Source: an uncultured Spirochaetaceae bacterium (lineage in GTDB: Bacteria; Spirochaetota; Spirochaetia; Sphaerochaetales; Sphaerochaetaceae). From it: DNA of 60,595 nt. Each line of letters opens with the position of its first letter. Position 1 is the first letter of the stretch. Under the pieces are notes generated by a model. That model searched no databases. It saw only the letters and a program-made list of their open reading frames with translations, and was not told the DNA's origin. A program made the translations under genes and the position numbers. Of the stretch, positions 18,285 through 28,417 are shown piece after piece. The DNA is taken from positions 1 through 60,595 of the forward strand of contig CALXKY010000001.1 of NCBI GenBank assembly GCA_944389055.1. The letters run 5' to 3'.

Positions 18285-20396
18285 ATGGCACATGACTTAC
18301 TGGGCATGAGGAATATCGGAATCAGTGCTCATATCGACTCTGGAAAGACGACTCTTTCAGAGCGCATCCTCTACTTCTGCAATAAGATCCATGCTATCCA
18401 CGAGGTACGTGGAAAGGATGGAGTCGGAGCAACCATGGACTCCATGGAGCTCGAGAGGGAGAGAGGAATCACAATCGCTTCCGCAGCTACGAACGTAGAG
18501 TGGAAGGGCCATGAGATCAACATCATCGATACTCCGGGCCACGTTGACTTCACGATCGAGGTCGAGAGGTCGCTCCGTGTTCTTGATGGAGCTATCCTCG
18601 TTCTCTGCTCAGTCGGTGGCGTACAGTCCCAGTCAATCACAGTTGACCGCCAGATGAAGAGGTATCACGTACCCCGCATCGCATTCGTGAACAAGTGCGA
18701 TAGAACCGGTGCCAATCCGTACAGGGTCAAGGATCAGCTCGTCGAGAAGCTTGGTCTCAATGCTGTTCTCATGCAGATCCCTATCGGACTTGAGGACAGG
18801 CTCCAGGGTGTTGTCGATCTCGTGGAGATGAAGGCCGTCTACTTCGATGCAGGTGCCGATGGACTCCAGGAGAGGATCGAGGAGATCCCTGAGGAGCTCA
18901 TGGAAGAGGCAAAGGCAAAGAGGGAAGAGCTTCTTGATGCTGCTTCCATGTTCTCAGATGAGCTCATGGAGGCCATCCTTGAGGATTCCGTGACAACGGA
19001 TATGATCAAGGCAGCTATCAGGAAGGGAACGATCGGACTCCAGCTCTGCCCGGTATTCATGGGTTCTGCTTACAAGAACAAGGGTATCCAGACGCTTCTT
19101 GATGGTGTCATCGATTACCTCCCGAATCCGACAGAGGTCCAGAACATCGCTCTTGACCTTGATGACAACGAGAAGGAAGTCGTTCTCGAGTCCAAGGAAG
19201 ATGCAAAGCCTGTCATCCTTGCATTCAAGCTTGAGGATGGCCAGTTCGGACAGCTCACATACATCAGGATCTATCAGGGAAAGATCAAGAAGGGCGATAC
19301 TCTCCTCAACACAAGGACGAAGAAGAAGTTCAACGTCGGAAGGCTTGTAAAGATGCATGCTTCCACCATGGAGGATATCTCAGAGGCCGGATGCGGTGAG
19401 ATCGCTGCCCTCTTCGGAATCGACTGCGCTTCCGGAGATACATTCTGCGATCCTTCTCTCAACTACTCGATGACGAGTATGTTCGTCCCGAACCCTGTTA
19501 TCTCGCTTGCTATCAAGCCGGTGGATAAGAAGGCTGCTGACAACATGGCGAAGGCTCTCAACCGCTTCACCAAGGAGGATCCGACATTCCAGACATATGT
19601 CGATCCTGAGTCGAACCAGACTATCATCAGAGGTATGGGCGAGCTTCACCTTGATGTCTACATCGAGAGAATGAAGAGAGAGTATCATGCTGAGGTCGAG
19701 GTAGGTCAGCCTGAGGTTGCTTACAGAGAGGCTATCAGCCAGAGAGCTGACTTCAACTATACTCACAAGAAGCAGACTGGTGGTTCAGGTCAGTATGCCC
19801 GCGTTGCTGGATACATCGAGCCGATCGTGCAGACGGATCCGGATGAGCCGGCAAAGGACTATGAGTTCGTCAACGAGGTCAAGGGTGGTGCAATCCCGAC
19901 CGAGTACATCCCGTCCTGCGATAAGGGATTCCAGGCTGCAATGAAGAAGGGTTCCCAGGTCGGATTCCCTGTCATCGGTGTACGCTGCGTCGTCAACGAT
20001 GGCCAGTGGCACCCGGTCGACTCTTCGGATATGGCATTCCAGACAGCTGCGATCGGCGCTTTCAAGGAAGCTTTCGAGAAAGCAAAGCCTGTTATCCTCG
20101 AGCCTATCATGAAGGTTGAAGTCAATGGACCGTCGGAGTTCCAGGGCAACATCTTCGGCTCGATCAACCAGAGAAGAGGTATGATCGTCTCCTCCACAGA
20201 GGACAACAACCAGTGCCAGGTCATCGCAGAGGTTCCGCTTTCTGAGATGTTCGGCTACTCAACAGTCCTCCGCTCGCTCACACAGGGCAAGGCAGAGTTC
20301 ACGATGGAAGTCGAGAAGTATGGCCGTGTTCCTCAGTCGGTATCCGATGAGCTGAAGAAGGAGTACATCGAAAAGAAGAAGAAGGAAGCAAAATAA
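18285..20396 (+). CDS. fusA: translation elongation factor G
   Basis: GTPase motifs [17 protein letters not shown] and NKCD, plus the full five-domain length (703 aa). Confidence 0.93.
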   Translation: MAHDLLGMRNIGISAHIDSGKTTLSERILYFCNKIHAIHEVRGKDGVGATMDSMELERERGITIASAATNVEWKGHEINIIDTPGHVDFTIEVERSLRVLDGAILVLCSVGGVQSQSITVDRQMKRYHVPRIAFVNKCDRTGANPYRVKDQLVEKLGLNAVLMQIPIGLEDRLQGVVDLVEMKAVYFDAGADGLQERIEEIPEELMEEAKAKREELLDAASMFSDELMEAILEDSVTTDMIKAAIRKGTIGLQLCPVFMGSAYKNKGIQTLLDGVIDYLPNPTEVQNIALDLDDNEKEVVLESKEDAKPVILAFKLEDGQFGQLTYIRIYQGKIKKGDTLLNTRTKKKFNVGRLVKMHASTMEDISEAGCGEIAALFGIDCASGDTFCDPSLNYSMTSMFVPNPVISLAIKPVDKKAADNMAKALNRFTKEDPTFQTYVDPESNQTIIRGMGELHLDVYIERMKREYHAEVEVGQPEVAYREAISQRADFNYTHKKQTGGSGQYARVAGYIEPIVQTDPDEPAKDYEFVNEVKGGAIPTEYIPSCDKGFQAAMKKGSQVGFPVIGVRCVVNDGQWHPVDSSDMAFQTAAIGAFKEAFEKAKPVILEPIMKVEVNGPSEFQGNIFGSINQRRGMIVSSTEDNNQCQVIAEVPLSEMFGYSTVLRSLTQGKAEFTMEVEKYGRVPQSVSDELKKEYIEKKKKEAK

Positions 20397-20421
20397 TCCG
20401 AATCTTCTGATTTGATATGAA

Positions 20422-20457
20422 AAGGCTGCAAGGGAATCCTGAGCAGCCTTTTATATT
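20422..20457 (+). terminator. intrinsic terminator of fusA
   Basis: Stem AAGGCTGC / GCAGCCTT (20422-20429 / 20443-20450) followed by TTATATT. Confidence 0.65.
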
Positions 20458-20486
20458 GACAATCATGAACCGGGGGGGGGTAGACT
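20456..20486 (+). promoter_or_regulatory. candidate promoter whose -35/-10 spacer contains a G9 tract
   Basis: TTGACA (20456-20461), a 19-nt spacer ending in nine G (20472-20480), and the -10-like TAGACT (20481-20486). The lipoprotein ATG is 33 nt downstream, behind GGAGGA. Confidence 0.5.
20472..20480 (+). repeat. homopolymeric G9 tract
   Basis: Read directly: CGGGGGGGGGTAGACT. Confidence 0.95.
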
Positions 20487-20518
20487 CTAGGTACCAATCA
20501 TTACCTGGAGGAACTGGT

Positions 20519-21223
20519 ATGAAGAAAACGATTATCGTAGCGCTCAGCATCCTTCTGATGCTGACTGCATTCACGGCATGCAATCCGACCACTGATGAGG
20601 ATCAGACCGTTTCGACAGCCGAATGGCAGTACTACAATGATGACCAGGACAAGTCGTCAGAGTATGTTTCTGTTGATAGCGTTGCTGTTGCTGCTGATGG
20701 GAAGTATGATCTCGAGATTTCATTTGCTGATGGCAAGTATGCATTCACTGTCGATGGACAGACGCTTGCAAGCGATATCGCTCCGGCAGTAACGGGAGAA
20801 AGCAAGAAGATTCAGGGACTTTACTTCGGTCTTAACGGCGGCAGTGAGACAGCTTATTCCGCAACATTCACAGCTCCTGTCGTGACAGCTGATGGAGAGA
20901 CGGTTCCTGTTCCTGCTCTCGATGAGGCTGACTGGGTGAATTCAAGGGATGGCAAGGCAGTGATCAAGGTTGCTGATGACAAGAAGTCTGTGACTATCAC
21001 ATCTACGGCTGACGCAGCAGACTATCAGGGACTTGAGCTCAGGGCTGATGATCTTATGGATGCGGATGCAGCTTCCTGGTCCGTAAAGACAACTGTTACG
21101 GTTGATACAGCAATCTTCGAAACAGCTGGAACCGGAGTCGGTTTCTGGGTGGAGACATCGGATGGAACCTCTGATGGTTACTGGCAGGTCATCAGGCTCA
21201 ATTCTACCGCTAAAGCAAACTGA
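20519..21223 (+). CDS. lipoprotein of unknown function (234 aa)
   Basis: MKKTIIVALSILLMLTAFTAC lipobox, with GGAGGA as RBS. The track ORF is extended upstream to 20417 through the terminator and promoter. Confidence 0.75.
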   Translation: MKKTIIVALSILLMLTAFTACNPTTDEDQTVSTAEWQYYNDDQDKSSEYVSVDSVAVAADGKYDLEISFADGKYAFTVDGQTLASDIAPAVTGESKKIQGLYFGLNGGSETAYSATFTAPVVTADGETVPVPALDEADWVNSRDGKAVIKVADDKKSVTITSTADAADYQGLELRADDLMDADAASWSVKTTVTVDTAIFETAGTGVGFWVETSDGTSDGYWQVIRLNSTAKAN

Positions 21224-21238
21224 GGCTGTGTTTTATCT

Positions 21239-21264
21239 GTACATCCCGGGTTTCCGGGATGTAC
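21239..21264 (+). terminator. hairpin terminator after the lipoprotein gene
   Basis: Perfect 11-bp stem GTACATCCCGG / CCGGGATGTAC with a GTTT loop, 16 nt after the stop. Confidence 0.6.
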
Positions 21265-21317
21265 TGTCGTATTGATTCTGAAAGCGAGAAGCCGTGCGTT
21301 CTGTGATTCCGAATAAC

Positions 21318-21482
21318 ATGAGGCGGAAGTGCCTTGACTGTTTTGAGAAAGGGTATGGATATAAGCGGACATCTCGCGAAACCGGGCTTAATAAATACAC
21401 CGTCCGTGATTATCTCCGCAGATATAAAGCGGGAGATACATCCTGGATAGATAAGGGGCGCCGCAGCCTGCCGATGAAATGA
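21318..21482 (+). CDS. small helix-turn-helix protein, resembles the N-terminal HTH of IS3-type transposase OrfA (orphan)
   Basis: MRRKCLDCFEKGYGYKRTSRETGLNKYTVRDYLRRYKAGDTSW. No transposase catalytic ORF follows it. Confidence 0.3.
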   Translation: MRRKCLDCFEKGYGYKRTSRETGLNKYTVRDYLRRYKAGDTSWIDKGRRSLPMK

Positions 21483-21597
21483 TTCCCGTCATTGTCTGAG
21501 GATACGCATGAGAGAATCGCGCATTTCAGTCCATGAAAGCGGTGGCGGTGCAATTCCTTGCTATCCGGAGCAGGCGGATCACCGGAGAATTCATGAA

Positions 21598-22764
21598 TCA
21601 GACGATTCTTCCATCCCAGAGATCTTCAAGGAATTCCTTCCATGGATACACGAGGAATGAATCGTCCACGATTCTTTTCCTGTCTTCCCTGCACACAATG
21701 ATGTTTTTCTTTGTGATTCCCTCTTCGCTGAAAGCCTTGAGGCCCCTGAAATCCCTGGGAATGAGATTCCTTGTGGTCTTGAATTCTATGGCTACCTCAT
21801 TGCCGATGATGGTGTCAACCTCGAATCCGCTTGTGCTTCTCCAGTACGAGAGCGGATATTTCCTCTCGAGATTGCTGTAGCTGAGATACGCCTTGATTTC
21901 ATTGATGATGAACGTTTCGAAGAAGATACCGTATTCAGTCTGTGTGTCCGCTGGCGGCTGACAGCCTAGGAGCGTACGCAATATGCCTGTATCAAAAAGG
22001 TAGTATTTTGCTGTCTCTATGGCTTTCCTCTTCTTTGTGTTTTTGAATGGCTGCAGCTCAAAGCCGAGAAGGGTATCCGTCAGTATCTGATACCATTCCC
22101 TGATTGAGTTCTTTGATAGGCCCACATCGCTTGCTATGTTTGTGTAGTTAAGAATGTCTCCATTTGAGATGGCTGCTATTTCAAGGAATCTTGAGAAAGC
22201 TGGCAGGTTCCTTACCGCACCTTCGCTCTGTATTTCATCATATAGATATGTGTCTATGTAATCTTCGAGGACCGGATCAGGATCATCTGACAGGAATGAT
22301 TCAGGGAGAAGACCGGAGCGGAAGATGTGCTCAAGTGTGAAATCCATGTCCCTGACTTCCGGGTATACGAATGGGAACAGGTAACATCTGCCAGCCCTTC
22401 CACCGAGAAGGTTGACACCGGAACGTACGAGCTTCCGTGCGCTTGAGCCTGTAAGGAGAAACCTGAATCCCTTTTCCTCTATCAGTCTGTGGACCTCATC
22501 CAGGAGTTCCGGTACTTTCTGTATCTCGTCTATGACTATAAGGCCCCTGTCGGCATCTAGGGCATTTGCTTCCTCATACAGCAATCCAGGATCAGCTGAA
22601 GCTCTGCGCCTCAGTCTGGTGTCGAGGAGATCCCACCTGAGGACGATCTCATCTGCAAGCTCATTGCTGATGTATGAAGTCTTGCCTGTAGAGCGTGGGC
22701 CGAAAAGAAACTGGCTTTTTCTATCAAGCTTTGTTCTTATGTTTGTTCTTCGCTTAATATACAT
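21598..22764 (-). CDS. AAA ATPase with C-terminal DUF4143 (AAA_14 + DUF4143 architecture)
   Basis: Walker A FGPRSTGKTS and Walker B LIVIDEIQ. The C-terminal GFEVDTII..VAIEFKT is a D...ExK nuclease-like motif. Confidence 0.8.
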   Translation of the reverse strand: MYIKRRTNIRTKLDRKSQFLFGPRSTGKTSYISNELADEIVLRWDLLDTRLRRRASADPGLLYEEANALDADRGLIVIDEIQKVPELLDEVHRLIEEKGFRFLLTGSSARKLVRSGVNLLGGRAGRCYLFPFVYPEVRDMDFTLEHIFRSGLLPESFLSDDPDPVLEDYIDTYLYDEIQSEGAVRNLPAFSRFLEIAAISNGDILNYTNIASDVGLSKNSIREWYQILTDTLLGFELQPFKNTKKRKAIETAKYYLFDTGILRTLLGCQPPADTQTEYGIFFETFIINEIKAYLSYSNLERKYPLSYWRSTSGFEVDTIIGNEVAIEFKTTRNLIPRDFRGLKAFSEEGITKKNIIVCREDRKRIVDDSFLVYPWKEFLEDLWDGRIV

Positions 22765-22831
22765 GATAATCGTAACCGCTACTTCCGTTTATCATAATAT
22801 TCGGAAGTAATGGTTCCGTCAATCATGAAAA

Positions 22832-23805
22832 TCAACTGGATGCTTTATACTCTTCTGCGGATGGATATGGAAGCGTTTCAGCTTCGGTCAGCGCATCGAT
22901 TGCAATCTGGAGGCCTTGATTCTTCACTTCATCAAGAGAGATGCCAAAATAGGTTGCAAGATACTTCCAGAGCGGATCGCCGCTTGTGGTTTCCTCTCCT
23001 TTGTATTCGGTGTATGCCTTAACGAGAGCATCTGGGTAATACAGGCTGCCATCGCTGCTTACATAGAAGCAGTTCTCCGTGATTGCAGAATTGTCCGATA
23101 CATCCCTGAATCTGAAATCGTCCTTGTATCTTGATGCTTTTTCATAGGTCGGAGAGGGGTATCTGTCTTTCTGCTGCATGCTGATGATATGCAGCCGGCC
23201 TTCTTCGATAGCAGCTGGATTGAAATCATCAGGAAGAGGGAAACCTGCCTTGTCCGCAACCCATGGGTGGCTGTAATAATCTTCTGCAACCGGGACAGGA
23301 AGATTGTCTGGTTCCTCAAGGAGAATTGAAAGAGCCTCCTGCCAGTTCTCCTTCACTTCCTGCCTGGACATGCCCATGTATGTATCCATGTATACCCAGA
23401 ATGCGGTGCCTTTGCCGGGGGTGTATTCCCCGCTTGCTTCAGAATATGTACTCAGTATGATTGCCGGAACGTAAAGGATGTAGTTGTATTCCATACCATC
23501 GCCGTTGACGTCTGTTTTCCCGTCTCCGAGGTACCGCAGGTAGAATGTGTATGCATCGTATCCAGGTGCTGCTGAATACCTGAGCATGACTCCTGTAATC
23601 GGATCGCCGGTACTGTCTTCCATGGAACGGACCGCAGCAGATGGCGTTTCCTGCTTCTCGATGCTGTCGACATCACTTATGAACCGCAGGCTGTCGGGGG
23701 GGGTAGAAGCCCTGCACTTCCTTCCGTATGTGCCGGATCATTGCTGCAGGAGATGATTGCGGCAGCTGAGATGAGGAGCATTAAAGCATGGATTACCTTC
23801 TTCAT
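22832..23805 (-). CDS. lipoprotein gene split by an intragenic poly-C (plus-strand poly-G) tract; out of frame in this sequence
   Basis: ATG 23803-23805 encodes MKKVIHALMLLISAAAIISC (lipobox). After the C8 tract the frame stops at 23677-23679. The 263-aa ORF 22832-23623 extends upstream in the +1 frame to the tract. One extra C would fuse the two parts. Confidence 0.7.
23696..23703. repeat. homopolymeric G8 (C8 on the coding strand) tract
   Basis: Read directly: GTCGGGGGGGGTAGAAG. Confidence 0.95.
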
Positions 23806-23913
23806 GGCTGTACTCTTTGTCTGGGATTATATCATACATGCTGTGCAGAGGTTCGGAATATATTATTTTCCTGATATCATGGATATGCAATTTATGATTA
23901 GGAGGGAGGATGA

Positions 23914-24225
23914 TTGCGGCTGTATCGAATATGGAACTCCCTAGGAGTAAGGATCCCGTCGGATCTGGTCGAGGCTACGGGAATCAGCGAAGGTGACAAA
24001 AGTGAAATGACAGAGAGATCCGATGGAAGCATAGTTCTGCAGGAGAAAAAGAAAAGCGTCTCGCAGCTGAAAGGGTTTGGAGCGCTGCATAGATTTGCGG
24101 ATCCTGATCTCATCCCGCTTGAGAATCAGGCCTTTGGCATGGCAATGGAAGAAAAAGATTTTGCCACATTCGATAAGAAGCTTCAGAGCAGGAAGAAAAG
24201 TCAGTGCTCTGGCCAACCAGCATAA
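23914..24225 (+). CDS. AbrB/MazE/SpoVT-type antitoxin-like protein, no partner toxin
   Basis: RIWNSLGVRIPSDLVEATGISEGD matches the swapped-hairpin AbrB-type antitoxin N-terminus. TTG start behind GGAGGGAGGA. No toxin ORF lies before marR. Confidence 0.55.
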   Translation: MRLYRIWNSLGVRIPSDLVEATGISEGDKSEMTERSDGSIVLQEKKKSVSQLKGFGALHRFADPDLIPLENQAFGMAMEEKDFATFDKKLQSRKKSQCSGQPA

Positions 24226-24316
24226 TCTGCCGCTGTGACGAAACTTCAGAATCTGATTGACCCTGGACCTTCTCCTGCCTAAAATCATTGTTGTAGCAAT
24301 TATTGCTAGGACAATT

Positions 24317-24745
24317 ATGGAAGATAGGCTTCATATCCTGATGTATCGTGCGTTCCATGGCCAGAGAGCCATGCTAAGACCTGTAAGAGAGGCGCTGGGT
24401 CTGGGGCCGGGCCAGCCGAAGATTCTCCTGTTCCTCCATGCGGATGGCCCAGCATCGCAGCGCGCGATAGCCGATTATTTCCATATCGATCCGGGTACTG
24501 TGTCGCGCATGATGGAGCCTCTTCTCCGGAATGGCTTCATCACGCAGACGCAGAGTCCAGATGACCGCCGCGTCAATCTCATCGAGCTTACAGAGAAAGG
24601 AAGACACGCGGCAGAAGCGTGGGACGAAGCCTGCAGGAAAGCCGAGTCACTCATGCTCAGCGGCTTCTCGAGCGATGAGGTGAAAGCATTCATTGGGGTT
24701 CTGTCGAGAGTCGTGGACAACCTGGGGGATCTTTCCGATGAGTGA
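24317..24745 (+). CDS. MarR-family transcriptional regulator
   Basis: The winged-helix region GPASQRAIADYFHIDPGTVSRMMEPLLRNGFITQTQSPDDRRVNLIELTEKG is classic MarR. The stop overlaps the ABC gene start (ATGAGTGA). Confidence 0.85.
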   Translation: MEDRLHILMYRAFHGQRAMLRPVREALGLGPGQPKILLFLHADGPASQRAIADYFHIDPGTVSRMMEPLLRNGFITQTQSPDDRRVNLIELTEKGRHAAEAWDEACRKAESLMLSGFSSDEVKAFIGVLSRVVDNLGDLSDE

Positions 24746-26489
24746 TCTCCGGCGTCTTTTCTCATATTTCGGCAAGTACCGCCGCGATCTTGTCTTTGCC
24801 TTCCTTCTTGTTGCCATAGAGACATCGTTCGAGCTCTTCATTCCAGTGATGATGGCTGATCTTGTTGATTACGGTGTCATGCAGAGGGACATAGGATACA
24901 TGGTGGAGAAGGGAGTGCAGATGGGCTTCTGTGCAATCCTTGCCCTCATCACAGGCCTTCTCTATGCGAGATTCGCGGCAAGGGCTGCATATGGATGGAG
25001 CGCTGAGATCAGGGAAGCAGAATACCGCAGGCTTCAGACATTCTCATTTGCCGATATAGACAGGTTCGAGACATCGTCGCTCGTCACGAGGCTTACCAGT
25101 GATGCCACCGTGCTGCAGAATGCGGTCAATGGAGGGCTGCGGCCGCTTGTCAGAAGCCCGATACTCCTCATCCTCGGAATCGTGCTTTCATTCTCTCTCG
25201 ATCCAGAGCTTGCGCTGATTTTCGTGGTGCTTGCTCCCGTTCTTGCGATTATCCTCTTCCTGATCCTGAGGCGTGTTGCGCCTATGTATTCGCTTCTGCA
25301 GAAGGCTATTGATAAGCTCAACAGCGCAGTCGAGGAGAATGTAAGGGCCATACGGACGGTGAAGGCATTTGTCCGTGAGGATTATGAGGAATGCCATTTC
25401 AATGAGGCAAACAGCAATCAGAGGAACATAGGGATAGAGACGAATAAGTTCGCGATGCTGAACATGCCGTCATTCCAGCTCGTGATGTACACGGCAATCA
25501 TCATGATCATGTGGTTCGGCGGGGAAAGGATGCTCGCATCCGATCTTGAGGTGGGCGCGCTTACCGGCATTCTGAGCTATGTCATGAATATCCTCAATTC
25601 GCTGATGATGATATCCAACGTGTTCATGCTGCTTACACGTTCCCTTGCATCTGCGCACAGGGTGGCAGAGGTCCTCGATACCATTCCGTCGCTGCAGGAA
25701 AGGGCGGATGCTGCCGATGAGATCAGGGATGGCAGTATCGATTTCTCGCATGTCTCATTCAGATACTCCGGCAGTGCAGGGGAGTACACGCTCTCGGATA
25801 TCACATTCAGGATAGAAAGCGGGATGACTGTCGGTATCCTCGGAGGAACCGGGAGCGGAAAGACGACGCTCGTCCAGCTGATTCCGAGGCTTTATGATGC
25901 CTCATCGGGAGTTGTCAGCGTAGGGGGTCGGGATGTCAGGGAATATACCCTTGAAGGTCTCCGGCGTCATATAGGCATCGTGCTGCAGAAGAACATGCTT
26001 TTCTCCGGAAGCATCAGGGAGAATATGAGATGGGGCGGTCCCAGCGCGGCTGATGATGAGATATGGGCAGCGCTGAAGATAGCAGCGGCCGATGATTTCG
26101 TACGTTCATTCCCCGGCGGGCTTGATTACGATCTCGGGCAGGGCGGCGTGAATGTCTCGGGCGGACAGAAGCAGAGGCTGTCGATTGCGCGTGCGCTCCT
26201 GACTGAGCCGAAGATCCTCATATTCGATGATTCCCTGAGCGCTGTCGATACCGCTACGGAGCATCGCATCATGAAAGGTCTTTCCGCCATAAAAGGCGTC
26301 ACGAAGATATTCATCGCTGAAAGAATCTCATCGGTGATCAATGCAGACATGATCATCGTCCTTGATGATGGCAGGATCGAGAGCATCGGAGACAATGAGA
26401 CACTGATGAAGACGAGCCGTGTTTACAGGGAAATCTATGAAGCGCAGCTCAAAGGAGGCCGGGATGCCACGTCACCAGTACACGGCTAA
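24738..26489 (+). CDS. ABC exporter, fused permease/ATPase (multidrug-type)
   Basis: Six-TM N-terminal domain, Walker A GGTGSGKTT, signature VSGGQKQRL and Walker B ILIFDDS. Confidence 0.88.
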   Translation: MSDLRRLFSYFGKYRRDLVFAFLLVAIETSFELFIPVMMADLVDYGVMQRDIGYMVEKGVQMGFCAILALITGLLYARFAARAAYGWSAEIREAEYRRLQTFSFADIDRFETSSLVTRLTSDATVLQNAVNGGLRPLVRSPILLILGIVLSFSLDPELALIFVVLAPVLAIILFLILRRVAPMYSLLQKAIDKLNSAVEENVRAIRTVKAFVREDYEECHFNEANSNQRNIGIETNKFAMLNMPSFQLVMYTAIIMIMWFGGERMLASDLEVGALTGILSYVMNILNSLMMISNVFMLLTRSLASAHRVAEVLDTIPSLQERADAADEIRDGSIDFSHVSFRYSGSAGEYTLSDITFRIESGMTVGILGGTGSGKTTLVQLIPRLYDASSGVVSVGGRDVREYTLEGLRRHIGIVLQKNMLFSGSIRENMRWGGPSAADDEIWAALKIAAADDFVRSFPGGLDYDLGQGGVNVSGGQKQRLSIARALLTEPKILIFDDSLSAVDTATEHRIMKGLSAIKGVTKIFIAERISSVINADMIIVLDDGRIESIGDNETLMKTSRVYREIYEAQLKGGRDATSPVHG

Positions 26490-28302
26490 GAAGCCGAAGA
26501 ACATGAAATACACCGTCTCCAGGCTCCTGAGATATCTCGGAACCCAGAAGCTTGCCTTCGCTGCTGCGGGGTTTCTTGTCTTCGTGAGCGTATCTGCCGA
26601 GCTCCTTGGCACGTATATGATCCGTCCGGTCGTCAACGGGCTTGTTGAGGGCGGATCACTGGAGCAGCTTCTGAGGACAGTTCTACTTACAGCTCTGATC
26701 TACCTTACCGGAGCTGCGGCCACGCTAGGTTACACCCAGATCATGGCGCGGACAGCGCAGAAAGTCGTCTATGATATACGCCGCGATCTCTTCTGCCACA
26801 TGGAAACACTGCCTCTCAGGTTCTTCGATACAAGACGCCATGGTGATGTCATGAGCGTTTTCACCAATGATGTCGATACCATCTCCGATGCGATGAACAA
26901 CAGCTTTGCTGCGATCATCAAGAGCTTCATGCAGATATTCGGCACCATGATCCTCATATTCATCCTCAACTGGAGGCTGTCACTGATCGTTGCGATTGCT
27001 TATATCGCGATGTATCTATACATAAGGTTCAGCGGCAAGCGCAGCAAGAAGTTCTATAACGAGCAGCAATCGAAGCTCGGGGATCTTGATGGATTCATAC
27101 AGGAAATGGTCTCGGGCCAGAAAGTGGTGAAGGTCTTCTGCCATGAAGAGGAGAATATCAGGGGATTTTCCGAGAGGAATGAGCATCTCAGGGTATCTGG
27201 AACAGCGGCACAGGCATATGCCGCTACGATGGTTCCTGCCGTTGTCAGCATCTCATATCTCAATTATGCGATAGTAGCGCTTGCGGGAGGCCTCATGGCT
27301 GTCATGGGACTGACGGATCCGGGAAGCCTTTCAAGCTATCTTGTCTTCGTCCGGCAGTCAGCAGCACCGATCAATCATTTCACGAACCAGACCAACTTCC
27401 TTCTCTCTGCGCTTGCTGGTGCTGAGCGCATCTTCACGATGATGGATGAGAAGAGCGAGGTAGATGAAGGTGATGTCACGCTCGGGAAGGATGAGAGCGG
27501 ATGGATATGGAAGAAAAGCGATGGATCCCATGTTCCTCTCCGCGGGGATGTCAGGTTCGAGGATGTCTCCTTCGGCTATTCTCCCGGCCATACTGTCCTC
27601 TCGTCTGTCAGCCTGTATGCCAAGCCTGGCCAGATGATAGCGTTCGTCGGTTCCACAGGAGCCGGCAAGACTACGATCACGAACCTCATAAACCGTTTCT
27701 ACGATGTTGATGAGGGCCGTGTGATCTACGATGGCATAGATGTGCGCAGCATCCGCAAGGCAGATCTCCGCCGATCCCTTGGGATGGTTCTGCAGGACAC
27801 GCATCTTTTCACTGGCACGATCAGGGAGAATATACGCTTCGGCAGGCTCGATGCATCCGATGAGGATATCCGCCAGGCGGCCATTACGGCTAATGCTGAT
27901 TCCTTCATCCGGCGCCTTCCTGATGGCTACGATACAAGAATCACCAACGACGGTGCTGGCCTTTCGCAGGGACAGCGTCAGCTCCTTGCAATTGCACGTG
28001 CGGCTGTTGCCGATCCGCCTGTCCTCATTCTTGATGAAGCTACCTCATCAATCGATACGCGTACCGAGGATCTCATAGAGAAGGGGATGGATAAGCTTAT
28101 GGAGGGACGGACGGTCTTCGTCATCGCGCATCGTCTTTCAACTGTCCGCAATGCAGATGCGATCATGGTGCTTGAACACGGCAGGATCACCGAGCGGGGC
28201 AGCCATGATGAGCTTATGGAGAAGCATGGGCTCTATTACAGGCTGTACATGGGAATGGCCGGACTGTCGGACAATGATGAGGAACCACGGCGTATTTTGT
28301 GA
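26464..28302 (+). CDS. ABC exporter, fused permease/ATPase (heterodimer partner)
   Basis: Walker A GSTGAGKTT, signature LSQGQRQLL and Walker B VLILDEAT. ATG 26464 lies behind AAAGGAGG and overlaps the upstream gene. Confidence 0.88.
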   Translation: MPRHQYTAKKPKNMKYTVSRLLRYLGTQKLAFAAAGFLVFVSVSAELLGTYMIRPVVNGLVEGGSLEQLLRTVLLTALIYLTGAAATLGYTQIMARTAQKVVYDIRRDLFCHMETLPLRFFDTRRHGDVMSVFTNDVDTISDAMNNSFAAIIKSFMQIFGTMILIFILNWRLSLIVAIAYIAMYLYIRFSGKRSKKFYNEQQSKLGDLDGFIQEMVSGQKVVKVFCHEEENIRGFSERNEHLRVSGTAAQAYAATMVPAVVSISYLNYAIVALAGGLMAVMGLTDPGSLSSYLVFVRQSAAPINHFTNQTNFLLSALAGAERIFTMMDEKSEVDEGDVTLGKDESGWIWKKSDGSHVPLRGDVRFEDVSFGYSPGHTVLSSVSLYAKPGQMIAFVGSTGAGKTTITNLINRFYDVDEGRVIYDGIDVRSIRKADLRRSLGMVLQDTHLFTGTIRENIRFGRLDASDEDIRQAAITANADSFIRRLPDGYDTRITNDGAGLSQGQRQLLAIARAAVADPPVLILDEATSSIDTRTEDLIEKGMDKLMEGRTVFVIAHRLSTVRNADAIMVLEHGRITERGSHDELMEKHGLYYRLYMGMAGLSDNDEEPRRIL

Positions 28303-28417
28303 TGGTTTAGTCTATCGCATGCAATGAAATGCCACTCTGTACGGAAACATTCATTTTATTCGTGAATTCCCGTCATGCCCATGTTATAATCATTTAAACA
28401 AACGGAGGTGCAGAGAA

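Noticed and set aside
23741-23944. 67-aa plus-strand ORF just downstream of the G8 tract.
   Set aside because: It is antisense to the lipoprotein signal-peptide coding region and its promoter. It has no RBS and its composition is not protein-like.
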